Virus record (IMG/VR): IMGVR_UViG_3300037408_000403
Location: 3,026-67,025 of that record
Source: a virus
Taxonomy: Duplodnaviria; Caudoviricetes
Reading direction: 5' to 3' (one strand)
DNA length: 64,000 nucleotides
The notes below the pieces were generated by a model. It was not told where the DNA came from, did not search any database, and saw nothing but the letters and a program-made list of their open reading frames with translations. Of the stretch, positions 26,948 to 40,900 are shown piece after piece. A program made the translations under genes and the position numbers. Each line of letters starts with the position of its first letter. Position 1 is the first letter of the stretch.

Positions 26948-28945
26948 CTATCCTTGTGGCCCTCTCCCGAGTGCCCTTTGTGCTAACTCCATCGCCTTCG
27001 GGTCTGCCTGTCCAGCCTGAGCAAGCAGCTCCGGTGGTAGCTGTACCTGTCCCGGGGCACCTCCCTGGTTCATCATCTGCTCTTCCTGCGCCTTGACAGA
27101 GGCAAGAAGTTTATCTGCAAACGGCAGTGACGTATGTTCAAGGAACATCTTGAGGTCAATGAGCTGTCCCTCGAGCAGCTTCATCAGTGTCTCATCAATG
27201 ATCTGCCGGTAAACAGGCGTATCAGTACCCTGTGCCACTACCACATCCCAGGCAAGATTCTTAACCCTTTCCGGGTCATAGATCCTCGAGTCCTCGCTCA
27301 CGGACCTGCCGTTGATAGCCAGGTACCTCTTCTCCTTATAGAACTGCGTGATGACCTTCAGTGCCTTGGTGTCTCTCTTGCGGATGAAGTTCTGGAAGCT
27401 CATCATGTAGTCGAGAGTGTTCATCGTGGCGTTCTGTGCCTCCTGAGCATACAGTGAGGCCGGTGTCCCTGATGCGGCTTTCTCCCCTTGTATTGCACCA
27501 CGAACACCTGACACCTCTTGTAAGAGCTGCATCTGCAGTGCCAGCATCTCGTTTATTCCTATCTGTGTTGAGTTGGCACTTATCTGCTGAGGTACCTGTC
27601 CGTGCGGTTTGGGAGTATAAACGATGGTACCATTGAAGGCCCTCCACTCATTTGCAAAGTCCTTCTCACTCATGTGTTCCGGGATGACATCTTCGGGTAT
27701 CATCAGCACACCCTTGGCTGAGGCTGCAATAATAAAGTCCATCAGGATGATAAGACGGTTGATATATCTCTGCTGGTCAATGATATCCTCAACAAAGCCC
27801 CATACTTCACCATCAAGCAGAGGATAAAGAATCCCTGCATACGGATGCTCCTCATGCGCATAAGGTGTCTCACCCTCATACAGGACATGCCCGAAGGGAG
27901 TAAGGAACTTAACATACCAGTATTCCTCGAACTTAGGCTCGGCCTCAATAAGGGGTATCTCCTCTTCCGGTATTCCCTGATCCATCCCGAGACGTATGCG
28001 CTCAGAGTTCTGTGCGGCAATCTCCTTGATGGTGTAAGGAACTATGTTATAGCTGCCATCGAGAGGGTCATGTGCATAGGTCCTCCATTCTCCCCGGAGC
28101 TTCCATATCTCATACAATCGTGCTTTGTTGGGGTCCGTAGGTATATAGAAGTCAAGGTTATCAATGCGGTCTGCACTGAGGCCCTGGTCAGCTATATAGT
28201 CTTTCGTGACCATGCCGGCATAGATCTCCCGTATTCTTTTCTCATCTGCCGGTGACTTGGAGAACGTGCTGACGATATCATCAACGGTAGTGTCAATAAT
28301 CTCTCCCACGAGCCTCATGTCCGTGAGCCGTATGTCGGACACATCGGTATTAAAGAACAGCCTGGTAACGTTTACGTTCTCGATATACAGATCCTCAAGA
28401 TTTCTCTCCTTCCAATATTTATAACCTACCTTCTGCCAGGGAGCACCTGAGATGGCAAACTCCTCGAACTCCCTTGCATCAAGCTCCTTCACTGTATTGT
28501 TTTCAAGGGCACATTGCAAGGCATTGGTAAGCATCTCAGTCTCGGAGGCCTGTTCACGGCCCCGGCTTATGACAAGGCTCTTTGATGGGTTACTGCGGTA
28601 CTGTCCTATCAGGTTCTTAACGAGCTGCCGTATCTGGTTCTGTTTCAGAGGTACCTTACCCTGGTTCATCAGGTAGGTTTCTTCTGTTATGAAGTCATCG
28701 CTGTCGGGGTCCTTTATCATATCGGACCATTGATCTCCACGATAGTATTTACGATTTCGCAGTCTGCGGTCCCGGAAGTCTCTCAGGCTCTCCCAGTATC
28801 TGCGGCACTCCTCGAGGAGATCCATGTTCTCTCTGTCACCCCGGAAGATAAAGGAATCAGGTACCGGTACCTTCTTCTGTTTTCGCATGCCGAGAGCTGT
28901 CAGGCTCTTGCCCTTCAGGTCCTCTTTTGTTGTTATAATCCTCAT
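26948..28945 (-). CDS. Portal protein (P22-like)
   Basis: KYYRGDQW, NQIRQLVKNLIG, VEDIIDQQRYIN, QEVSGVRGAIQG motifs; 665 aa. Confidence 0.85.
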   Translation of the reverse strand: MRIITTKEDLKGKSLTALGMRKQKKVPVPDSFIFRGDRENMDLLEECRRYWESLRDFRDRRLRNRKYYRGDQWSDMIKDPDSDDFITEETYLMNQGKVPLKQNQIRQLVKNLIGQYRSNPSKSLVISRGREQASETEMLTNALQCALENNTVKELDAREFEEFAISGAPWQKVGYKYWKERNLEDLYIENVNVTRLFFNTDVSDIRLTDMRLVGEIIDTTVDDIVSTFSKSPADEKRIREIYAGMVTKDYIADQGLSADRIDNLDFYIPTDPNKARLYEIWKLRGEWRTYAHDPLDGSYNIVPYTIKEIAAQNSERIRLGMDQGIPEEEIPLIEAEPKFEEYWYVKFLTPFGHVLYEGETPYAHEEHPYAGILYPLLDGEVWGFVEDIIDQQRYINRLIILMDFIIAASAKGVLMIPEDVIPEHMSEKDFANEWRAFNGTIVYTPKPHGQVPQQISANSTQIGINEMLALQMQLLQEVSGVRGAIQGEKAASGTPASLYAQEAQNATMNTLDYMMSFQNFIRKRDTKALKVITQFYKEKRYLAINGRSVSEDSRIYDPERVKNLAWDVVVAQGTDTPVYRQIIDETLMKLLEGQLIDLKMFLEHTSLPFADKLLASVKAQEEQMMNQGGAPGQVQLPPELLAQAGQADPKAMELAQRALGRGPQG

Positions 28946-31900
28946 TGCTCGTTATAGTTAGATACAGCTTCAACAAAGTTTCGTATCAGAAGTTCCTGCA
29001 CATCCTTCAGCTCCTGGATCTGTTTCGGGTCTGTCATACCCTCCAAATCTTCATCAATCCCTTTCAGGTCCTTCCGCAGGTCCGTCAGCAGGTCAGCCTT
29101 GTACTGGTAATCAGGAGACATCTCTATCTCTTCCTCTCCCGGATCAATGGCCTTATTCTGCATCCCCACCATAGAGCGATAGTTCTCTATGTCATCCACG
29201 ATATCGTAATAACTCGTATAGACTGTCTTTCTCCAGGGCTCCCGGACCAGGGACTTTAATATAGGAACAGTATTTGAATTAATATTCGACATGGCCTCCC
29301 CGAATGACTTATCTTCGGTAGCAAGCTGATGCGCAGCCTCTATGGTTCCCTGACTTGTCTTGAGTACATCATTCCAGAACATCCCACGACCACCAAGCCA
29401 TGATTCAATGACGTGCTCTATGTTGGAGGGGTTCACATCAAATATCTCCGTGACCTTCTTGATCTGCCCGTTCTCATCCTCATAAAACTTAGATCCTACA
29501 TCAGGATCTCCACCGCCTATCTTAAAGAGGAAGTCGGTAAATCCCTTGACAAAGGTGTTGACGTTATCCATGCCAAGGGATGAGTCTGCTATGCGACCAT
29601 CCAGTGCACGGGTGAAGGCCTCCTTATGAACAGGGGCTCCGGTATATGTCTGATTGGCAAAGATGTCATATATAGGCATTGCCGTTGTCGGTACCAGGGG
29701 CCGGAACGTCAGCTCTCCCTCTCTGCTCAGGAACTCAACCGGGTTCACCGGTGACACTGCGGCAAAAGCATTGGAGAGGCCGTCTTTCAGTGCTGCTCCT
29801 ATCTCCTTCTGTCCGAAGGCTGTCTGATATGCCAATACTCCCATAGCATTGAACCACCTGAATCCGTGCGGCAGTGGTACCGAGATGTATTTCTTCACTC
29901 CCGGTATCATAAAGATGAAGTTGTTGTATTTCAGATAGTCATTGATCTGAGCATATTTATCCTCATCATCGTCATCATCACCTCCCCACAGGGAGTTATA
30001 CATGGCATTCAGGAATCCCATTGCCATACCTGCCGCACCGATGGCAAAGAATTTGCCGGAGTGCTGTTTACCCATGCGGATGACGTTATCACCACCCTGT
30101 ATGGAGGCATTAAAGAAGGCATACAGCGACCCCATGAGAGATGATATCCTTCCCTTGCGATTGAAGTTCACTGTTATCTCCTTGGCCTCGTATGCGGCCT
30201 CCTTGTCTGTCTTACCCTGCTCCTTGGCTACCAGGTACGTTGCAAACCTCGAGAGGTTCTCTGAACGTATTGCCATGTGCTCCATCCATCCTCCGAGCTT
30301 ACGAAGGATCTCTGCATGGATGAGCTTATCAAAGGACGAGTTTTTACCGGTTAACCGGGAAAGCTCTTTGTTTATCTCCACTGCGAGCTGGTCAATATCC
30401 TTGAGGTGCACATATCCTGTCTCTCCTCCGTTGACCATAAAGTCCTGATACATCTTATAGATCGGGTCTTTGGGATCGCCTTTGCCATTAAGATGCTGTA
30501 TGATAGCTCTTCGGGCCTTTGGCAGTATCTTGATGAACTTTGCTGCCTCCGGGCCACTGCCCTTGATAAAGTGTGCAAGGGTAGCATACTGAAGGTCTCG
30601 CATCTGGTTTATCGGTATGAATACCGGGTTCTTTGAGGTGAGGTTGGCAGACATCCACCTAGTGAACTGCCCGATCCTCATTTCCCGGAGAGCGAATGCC
30701 ACATCATCCCACTTGGACGGTGTCTTATTGAGGGCATTGGCTACGTCTGCCGGCAGGACCATAGTGTATTTCTCACCATTAATGAACACATCTATCTCAT
30801 GCTCCTGGGCCAGTGACTTAGGCCTTCTCTTAGTGTGTGACAGGTCGAATTTCTGCCGTACCATGCCTCTCTTCCATAGGTCCTCATCCGGCCTCTCGCT
30901 GACCTCTGTGTAGTTCTTCAGTCCTGTTTTCTCATCATAGGTGCCATCCCATACGGCATACACCTTCTTGAAGCGGTGCAGGTACTTCATGTCCTTGTTG
31001 TCCTTGACAAGACGGGCTGCGTGTTGCTTTATCCGGTTCTTCTCTCCGGTGACAACGGCTGTATGAGCCATATTAAAGATATACTGCATCGGATCTTCAG
31101 CCCTGGTCTTACGTCCGAAGGCCCTGCGCATGGGGTTAACGGTCTTGCCTATATCCTCGGTCTGATAACTGATGAAGTCATCGGCCTCTGTCGGTTGCCA
31201 GCCCCTCAGTGGCACATAATACTGAAACTGCTTCTTGATCTTCAGGTATGTCTCCATATCAATGAAGCCATCAGCGAGCCACCTTTTGATGGTGAAGTCA
31301 GTCGCATTTCTCACTGAGGACCAGAAGCGGTCTATCATATCCTGCGGCAGTCGTGACTCAAAGTTAGCTGCCTTCTCCCGGGCCTCTATTGTCGTATAAC
31401 CGGAGAAGTTTGTCTCATCCGGGGCCTCTGTGGTATTGAGCTTGTCAACCATGAACTCAATGTCAAGGGGTGTGAGATCCGGGTTCTTTAACACTGCGGC
31501 TATCTGTTGCTTGCGCCAGATGCTGTTGTTACGTTCCGGGGCATGCTTGACCTGCATATATTCCTGCAGCTCTGCATAGCTCATGTTGCCCTTGGTCATT
31601 ATCTCTGCGGCAGCACTCAGTAACTCCTTGCCCTGCTCCTTGTCAAAGGTCTGGATGGCATTCTTCACCATCCCATGTGACAGGTTCTCCTGCCGGTATG
31701 GATTGGATATCTCTGTTATCTTCCCTCCCAGGCCCCTTATTTTATTCTGCCACTCACGGATGGCAAGCATGCGGTTCTGCCACAGCTCACTGCGGAGCTC
31801 TCTCTTTGTACGGAGGATATTCTTAGGCGGTCCCTTGGGCTTGTTGGGATCTTCCGGGTCCTCTGTCTCGCCTATTCTGAACTGCACCTTATCTTTGATC

Positions 31901-34900
31901 TGCACTCCCTCGTCATTGAACAGGAGATAAGTGGTCCCTTCATTCGCTGCTGTGAGCTTGATGCCGTCAATGCCGGCACGGAGGAGGAAGTTTGAGGCCT
32001 CCTTTGCTGATCCGAGGGTAGTGGTGAGAAGGTCATACACCTTCTCTGCCGGGGTCGTGCTCCACAATGCAAAGTCAAGGGTGCCGTTGTTGATGCCCTC
32101 CTTATTCAACTGCTGTGAGATCTTCGCTGCCTGAGCATTGGTTAGTATCTCACGCTGACTGAGCCAGTTCATGTCATTAGGTCCCTTGCCCCTGGTGAAC
32201 ATCACCTCATAGAGATATCTGTTCTGTGGCAGAGGGTACTTATTCATGAATTTCAGCACACGGGCAAGCCTGTTTGCTATCTTAGGCTGCTCGTTGTACT
32301 TATCCTGCATCTCACGGAGATATGTCAGAGCTTTTTCGTGGTTGCCTCTGCTATGGTAAAGAGCTTTCTTTACCCATTCAGCACCGGTAGTACCTACCTC
32401 GTTCATTGCTCTGCTAAGGTATTTCTCACGGTAAGCTGCTTTCTCTGCAAAGGCTTTAGCTACCTCGGGCTTATCAGTGAAATACAGACCATATCCCGAT
32501 AGGTTAAGTCCTGTTGATGTCCCTATTCTGCTGGTAGAGAACTTATCAAAGCTGTAAGGCGAGCCATGCCATGCTGTGAGAGCATCAATGTATTCGCCCG
32601 GAGTCTCAAAGTCTTTCGGCTTTGGCTTCATCTGCTTCTCGAGGTTCCTTCGGCTGCGGAGTAACATCGAGTGGATGTCATTAGCACTGAAGTTGATCTT
32701 AAACAGTCTCCTGAACCACTGGCGTATTCTTGCAATGGTCCTCTTAAATAATGATGGTTCAATATTCTGTTCTGCCATGTGGCCCAGGTACTCATCAGCA
32801 ATGATGAGCTTATTGTCCGTCTTATACAGATGCGCTATTCGTGAGATCTCGTTCTGGCTCATGCTGTCGTAGATGTCTCTCAGCATGTCAGAATAGCCCT
32901 CGCCAATGACCATCTTGAGGCCCTTGTGTGCTACTATCTCATGCAGGATGGTAGGCATTACCTCGCTCTCTCTCATCTCTGCAAGCACAACATACACCTG
33001 ATCTGTTGCAGGGTCATATATCCCTGAGATCCTGCTGTTCTTGTGGTCCCTCTCTGCGATTCTCTTTATATGTGCCGGCAGCTCTTCACGGGTACCCACT
33101 ACATTGATCTTGGTGTTGAGCCTGTCGGACCACAGCTCGAAGGTGCCTCGCATGTCTCTCTCTCTGCGGTCTGTGTCCTCGGTGAGATAGTCTGATACGT
33201 CCCTGCGCCTCTCCGGTCCTCTCTGTGGTGCCCGGAACAGTGGGATGCCCTCACGATAGGTATTGAGCATCTGGTCGGTGATGGGGAGGGTGTGTACTTG
33301 GATACTTGTGTTTCTATTGGCAAAAGCAACTGCATCTGATCTATTGGCGAATGTCCCCAAAGGATTATCGTCTATATCATATACTGTTGCCATCCCATCA
33401 GGCTGTATTCTAATAAATTCAACAGTCTTACTTGTTTGCACTGATCCAGTTATAGTCTGGCTCCCGAACTTCTTGCCTATCTTGTTTGCAACTGAGGGCA
33501 GGATGGTATCATAGAAGCCTATCATGCCTTTGCCGCCAACTTTGAGGTCAATTCCTGATAGGGATTTAACTCCCGTAGAGTATTCCTTAGTGGATTCTCC
33601 ATTAATCATCTTTTGGGCTATTTCCTTGCCAACCGTCCCCTCAAGTTCATTCTCCGTTAAGTTGAAATTGCCCTCTACATTACCGTCTTTATGAACGCTT
33701 ATCTTATAAATCTCATCATTTGTATTATAGGAATAGGTTATTTCATCCACCTGTTTGCTCAGGTCATATCTCTCATTCTGTACCGAACCAGGGGTCCATG
33801 CAACAGCATCATAACCATTGTCAATAGCATAACGTATCATCCTTCGGAGAGCAAGGCCGGCCCACTGGTCGGTCTGCTTGAACGGCATGTCAGCGACCAT
33901 AGGCCGTAAATTATTCATGGGCATTTCATTTGCTACATTCAGCAAATATCCATGAATTTGCTCTGGTGTTGAACTTGAAAAGCGATATGCGAAAGAGTCA
34001 GCAATTATTTCATTATCGTACCTGAGAAAATAGGTACCGTTTACATCATCTTTCTCAATAGAGGTATTCTTAGTATTAAATCTCCGCTTTTCATTTGTAT
34101 TTTCAAATCCTGTCCTCTTACCCTGCTGTGCCCAGTCGCTCTGTATCTCCTCGATAAAGAGCACTGTCCTGCCATCATCGGTCCTGCGAGTATTGAACCT
34201 TACATGAGCGAGGACGTTTGACTCATCCCAGTGTTTAGATTTATAGAATTTATTCTGATATCCAAGGAGTTGATTTGCTTTTTTAATGGCCCCCTCCTGA
34301 CTCGTCCCTCCTGTATCAGGAACTCTAACACCCTCTCTGTTTACAACATAGTAAGGCCACGCAATACCGGGATCTGTATTTGATACAACATAATAACCAT
34401 CGGGAAGTTCAAGTTCTTTTTCCGGCAATGGCATGGTCAGCAGCAGCTCTTGATAGTCCTCCCCACCGGGAAGCTGGTACTGTGAATACTTGGGTTTAAG
34501 AGGATCATCAGGTAAATCATGAAAATCATCACCTATCATTTCAGCAAGAAGCTCCTCACGAGTCATACTTTGCATCCCATCTACATCTATGCCTGGGAAC
34601 CTTTCAGCATACTCAGCAATAAGCTCATCATTACTCCAATTCTCAAATGGAACTGATTCAGCCCCTGTTTTGTACTCAACCTCCTTGATCTCTATCTTAT
34701 TGGCAGCTACCCATACGGCAATTTTATCCTTGGTAAGGGAGGGGTTGCTGCTTGCCAGGTCATCCCATCCCATCCAGTCCAGTTCGGCCTGTTTCGCTCC
34801 GTTCTTCAGGAGCATGGCCTTCCACTGCTGCGGAGTACCTTTCTCCTGCTTGATAGCCTCGAGGGCCTTCTCGATAGGTGAGAAATACACATCATCCGAG

Positions 34901-37900
34901 ATGCGGAATTGTGCAATCTGATCGTTCAGAACATCTTGAGGGCTTTGATATGGTGCTGTTGGCTCATTTATTAATCCCTCATCAGCTAAACTCTTATAGT
35001 TATTGACAATATCATCTGCCTGTTTGATGACAATGGCATCAAGGAGCTGGGAACCAAGGGGCTTGAGTGCATACTTTATGCGCTGAAGGAATAAGCTGTT
35101 AAACTCTTTATTTGAAGCAATGACAGCACTCTCTCCGTGCTTGCTTATTTCATATACTAACTCCTTGGCAAGCTGGTCGCTGTCTATGGATTCATCATAA
35201 AGCAGGTACTTGGTTACATTGTTCTGCCGGTTAAGAATAATGGCATGTAGCTTAGGGGTGGTTCCCCTTTTCATTTTGCTTAGGTATTCGGCAACATCCT
35301 TCGATTGTCCTATCTTTGTGAGTTCCGTGCTTGGGATATAGAGTTTTGTCCTCTCAAACTGAAGAACATCAACTTCCTGAGATGTCTTGTAGTCTTGTTT
35401 AGAGTAGTTCTCCTGTCTTTCATTGTAGTGGCTAAAGACTCCATATATGCCTTGGTCTGTATCAATAATAACACCATCATTAAGAGATACACCAATATCT
35501 GTAAGTGCATCTAATAGCTTGCCCTGTATTGACTTATCTGATTCTGACGGATCTACCCGGCCTGATGGATGGTTATGCACTAAGGTCACACTCTGAGAGC
35601 CAAGCTCCTTCGCTGCAGCAACGATAAGTTTGACATCAATAAGTGTTGATGTTGTACCTGATGTTGAAAGGTACTGCACCTGGTAGTTGCCATCAGGCAG
35701 AATATGAACGGCAAAAGCATTCTCTGTCGCAGCATCCTCGAGGTTCTTGAAGAGGAATGCAACGTCAGCAGGACTGGTTATCTTCGGAGTTCCCGTAAGA
35801 GGAGCACCGATAAAGTTAACCTGTCCCCTATTAACGAGTATCCTCTCGAAATATGTTACTCGATCACTGGTGGGTGTGGGATCGTAATTATCCGACTCCC
35901 ATAGGCTACCTTGTCTGGCGGTAGCTGCTCTGGAGGCTTCAGAAAGGTACGATAATCCTTCGGGGAACTCTGGCGGCCTTGTTGTTTTATAGACCCCTTT
36001 GCTGGTGATATATTCCGGTGACGGCTCATGTAATCCTACCTGTCCTTTCTCGTCTGTTACAGCCTCTAAGATAGTAAATAATCTCTTAAATGCAGCATCT
36101 ATCCTCTCTTTTTCAACTCCTTCCGGGTATGGATTTAGCCCGAATATCTTATAGAAGCTGTTCTTGGTTGAGTGAACGAGGTACTGACTTAACTGCCCTC
36201 TTTCGTCCAAGTTGCTCTCAACCCATGACTCAAAGGCCCTGGCTGCCATTTCATGCTCTGTGGTCCAGTAGTCAGATGCTCGCATCGCATCTATATCCTT
36301 GGCATCATAGTAATACTTGGTAGGCGTATTGCGCTCCTCTTTATTGTCCTTGGAGTATTTATCAAATGAGGATTTGGCATCATCCAGATACTTAATTCTT
36401 TGCTCAAGCTCTGCTACGGCACCAGATCTTCTTCCCTCTGAATACTTATAGGCACTGTGACCTGCTATCTCAACATAAAGTTCGTTGAGGGCCTTAAATA
36501 CTTCGGTTGTTGGCAAGCTGCCGATGAATCTGCTCTTGGTTTCGATCTTTGCCGGATCTCCATAGTCTCTATTTTTGATCCTCTCTAACAATGTGTCGAG
36601 CCTCTGCTGCTGTGCTGGTGTTGCCGGAGACTTCTTTTTGCCCCAGTCTCTCTGCCGTGTCAGGTAGTTGCGGATGCCGTTAAGCTGCATATCCACCTGC
36701 TTCTGTCCTTCTTCAATCCTTGCTGCAAAGCGTTCCAGGGAGACCTCGACAATCTTGGGCTGCTTGTATATGGTGTCAAGTACTTTCTTGAATGCCTCTG
36801 TTACTTCAGGACGGGCCTTGCTTCTTATTGCACCACCATGCGAAAGATAGTCGGTATCTCTGTTCTTAGATGCTTTTACGATACCTTTTTCGTCTTTCTC
36901 AAGTGTCACACCACGATCAACGGTCATAAGATAATGATCGAGAGCATGGAACCACTCATGAGCTACTGAACCGGCACCATTAATCCTTGTGAGATTGAAT
37001 ACAGCCCTGTTTCTTTCATAATGAGCTGCTGCCTTACTAAGCCCCTGTCCCCTGGCACCAAAGGCAATAGATAGCTGTCCATTCATAGAGAGAGCCCGGG
37101 GTGGTACCCCGAGTATGTCAGCAAGGTCCATGAGACCATCAAAGGCATAATTGAGGATGCGCTGTCTCTCATCCTGCGGCACCCAGTTACCGAACTCCCC
37201 TCCGGTGAATCCGAAGGTATCCTGGAACTGTGCTGTGGTCACATCTTCCTTGCGATACTCCTTACCAGTGCGCTGAATGTTATCAATATGCGGCCTCTCA
37301 GGGAATGCCGGCTTAAAGTTGATAAGCATATCGGCATTCTCGATCATCCACTTGTAGGCATCCTCCATTGTCTCGAAGCCGTCCTGCATCGTGTGACGCT
37401 TGCGCTCCCCTGCCTTACGATAGACCTCATATTTCTTGTTGCGGTCAGTGCCTATCTTGAATTTAGATGCTATCCATGTGAGCTGTATTGCCTGTATTGC
37501 TTCTGCCTCTGTTTTGAATATCTCACGGAACCGGTACACAACGACACGATCAGATAGCGGACCATCACCGGCTACCTTAAAGGGTTGGAATGTGCCATCT
37601 TCTCTCTTCCCGAGCTTCCAATGCTTCATCCACTGTGGTGTTGCATCTTTCCTGTTACCAGACCTCTTATCTGTATTAAGTTCAAGATCCTTCCTGGCAC
37701 CTCCTATCTTTGCCCCGAAATCCCGGATAGCATTAACTTCTTTTTCGCTCTCAAGCAGATCCTGTTGCTCCTGCTTAATCTCCTCATCAGTCATCGGTTC
37801 ATCCTCTGACTCATTCTCTTCTTGCTGCAGTGGTGTAACCTCCTCCGGGGCTTTCTCTTCCTCCTCCGGTGGTGTCTCCATTCTTATCTCTGTCTGAGCT

Positions 37901-40900
37901 CCACTTATAGCAAGGTCAATCTTCTGATCAAGGATATTGTTATTGCGGTCTATCTCCTCCTCTGCCTTCTTTATTGCATCATTAAAAGGAGCCAGGGCAG
38001 CCTGTAAGTTGTTCCCTGTTGGTGCGAATGTACTTTCTCCACCAAATAGAGACTGTTCCCCGGCTGCTTTCTTCTCCTCCTGTTGCCTGTCTCCGAGTAG
38101 TTCATTTCTCTTCTGAAGGGATCTTTCTTTTGCATCTCTCTGGTCCTGTATGCGGAGGATTCTTTGCCCAATACCGACATTAAGCTGCTCTGTTTCTCTT
38201 ATGAGCCGCTTTATCTCACTGATCTTATCCTTGGGTAATACAGTCTCATCAATCTCTGCCAGGTACTTGTCTATTCTTCCCTGTGTATGCTCTGCTGCGA
38301 GGGTTGCTGCCTTCAGATCTGATTGCTGTCTCTTGGTTGGCTCCTTGATGGCCTTGAGCTCCCTTATCCTTGCATTATGGTCATCCAGACTAATCTCAGC
38401 ATAAACAATGTTTTTGAGGTTCTGAATTTGCTGTTTTTCCTTGGTAGGTTTCTGAGGCACCTCTTCCGGGTTAACCTCTGGCTTAACTTCCTCTACCGGC
38501 TTATTAAGATAGATGGTGGTATCATCGAAGTATGTTTTGATACCAAAGTACTTGGCAATGTCTTTTGATAGTTGTCCTGGCTGCAGGACATCCATTTTAC
38601 CTACACGAGTAAGCTCGTCCAGGTATGCTTTAACGGCTGCCTCATTAAACTCTCCTACGTTCTCGGGAGTAACTATTGCAACTGTTCCCTTTTCTGATAC
38701 CTCTTTCTTTACCTCATCATCTACCTGATATGCCTGTTCCTCTGTAATAAGTCCTTGGGAGACAAGTGCCATCAGCTTCTTATATACAACATCTCTTAGA
38801 TTGACTTGTGTACCGGCATAGAAATGATTGGCATCACCTTTATGGCTGCCCGTTGTTTTGCTCAGGAACACTCCATTAGTGAACCATATCCTGTTGGCAT
38901 CAGCCTTCTCAACCAGGTTAACATCAAATCCTTTCTTCTCCAGGATCGAGGCCTCAATAGCTTTGACTCGGTTGTTTACATAAGCAAAGAAATCGTTGAT
39001 TTTATTGCCGTTGAATGGTCTGAACCCTCTACCATAAACAGACCAGATATAACTGCTTGTCTCAGACTTCTTGAGAGAGTTGAAGAATCTCTCTACCTCT
39101 TTTGGCAGATTGAGTTCTCTAAGATATTCTGCCGGGGACTCAAGGTTATATATGCTCTGCGCAATTTCACGAGCCTGTTCAATGCCGGACTTTCCGGGAG
39201 GATTTAAGGTGAGGATCTTGTTGAGACGGTCAATATCGTCCTCGGGAGGAGCAGGTGTTTCCTCGGGAATTATGTCTCCTGCTGGCTGTTCTCCGGTGTC
39301 TGTTCCGGTATCAGGCCCTCCCTCTTCATCCTGCGCTCCAGCATCTCGGCCTTCAGCTCCTTCATCTCCTGTAACGGCTGTGTCCCCTTCGCCTCTGCTC
39401 TCACCTTGGCGATGGTTATCAAGCCATTCCTGTATTTTACTCGTTCTTCCGGTGTCATTGAGGATCTTCTTTAATTCGTTAAATTGATTTTCATTAAGAC
39501 CGTATGGGAATACTTTGAAATAGTCGGGGTCACTCTCTGTAAGGTCCCGTAAAGATTCAATAGTATTACCTAACTCACTGAGCTCTTGCTCAAAGATAGA
39601 CATAATTGCCGGATCTTCAATGGCATCCGGCACTGTTTCGTCTGCCATGTTGATAAGTTCAGCTCGCTCGTCATCTTCTGTGAGAGGAACCTCTACTGTG
39701 GCTGCATCCGTCTTTTCCTGTATTGCCCTGAGCCTTGACCTGACATCATTGCGACCGGCCATGCCTCTCAGGATGTCTGCAAAGGCATTTGCCTGGTCCA
39801 TTGCTCCCTCCATGCCCACGAGAAGATTGGGGAACCTCTGGAATACACCAACCTCATTGAGTTTATCGAGGCTGATGCCCTCTTTCGAGTACATCCATAT
39901 ATTCTTCAGTCTCTCAGTGTTGTTCCTGCCAAAGTGAGTATAGTAATCCTCCATCGAGATACGACCACCACCCAGGAGGAACTGCAGCACCCCTTCTTCA
40001 AATGACTGCGGCTCCTTGGCAAGCATGGCCTCATCCTCTTTTGACATGGGCCACCCCTTCTTCTGTGAGATCTTCTTGGCTCCGGCAGTGAAGTCAACCT
40101 CTGCTGCCGGCTTCTTGGTACGGGTAGCATTGCCAAGCCACTCCTTAAACTGAGTGACTGACATTGTGGTTATGTTCCCGAGTCCCTTCCAGTCAGCATC
40201 ATAGTTGGCAAGGTAGTTCTCCCTGGCCTCGTCTGCTGTCTTGAACCCGAGCATTACCTTATGCTCATCGAACTTGCCGGTGCCCGGGTCAACCTGGTCA
40301 ACGACAAAGACCATCTGAGAGTCAAGGTTGTCTCCCAGGAACACATCTACCTGATCGCCATCCTTACCCTTGGTCCTCTTAAAGTAGCCATAGGTATTGT
40401 TCATCAGATTGGACCACTTCTCTCCATCCTTATCCACACCTGAGCGAATTGTGCCGGCAGGGTTCTCGATGGTAATAGCAAGCCCCTGAACTTTCACATG
40501 GCCCTTCTTGTAGTTTCCAGCCTTCTTCTCTGCTTCTGTGGGCTTTGTGTCAACCTGGTCACTTGCGGCAATTACGTCAACGTCAGCCTTATCATACTTG
40601 ACAAAGTGAGCATTATTGTAGGCGTTCCAGGGCTCAATGGTTCCGGCTTCATTACGGAGCTTCGCCATGCCCTTATTGTCAGGCTCGATGACTTCATATA
40701 TCTTACCGTCATATACGCTCTTAACAAAGTCACCAGCCTTAAACTCTCTTGGATTGAGGCCTTTCCCTGGTATTACAGGTTGTTCATTGCGAGCATCTAT
40801 AACCCTGCCAATGAGCTCATTAAGTTTTGCTGCACGTTCTGTATCTCCCTGGTCAAGTATGTCTTGCATACCTGCTTCAAGTTGAACAATCAGGTTATCA

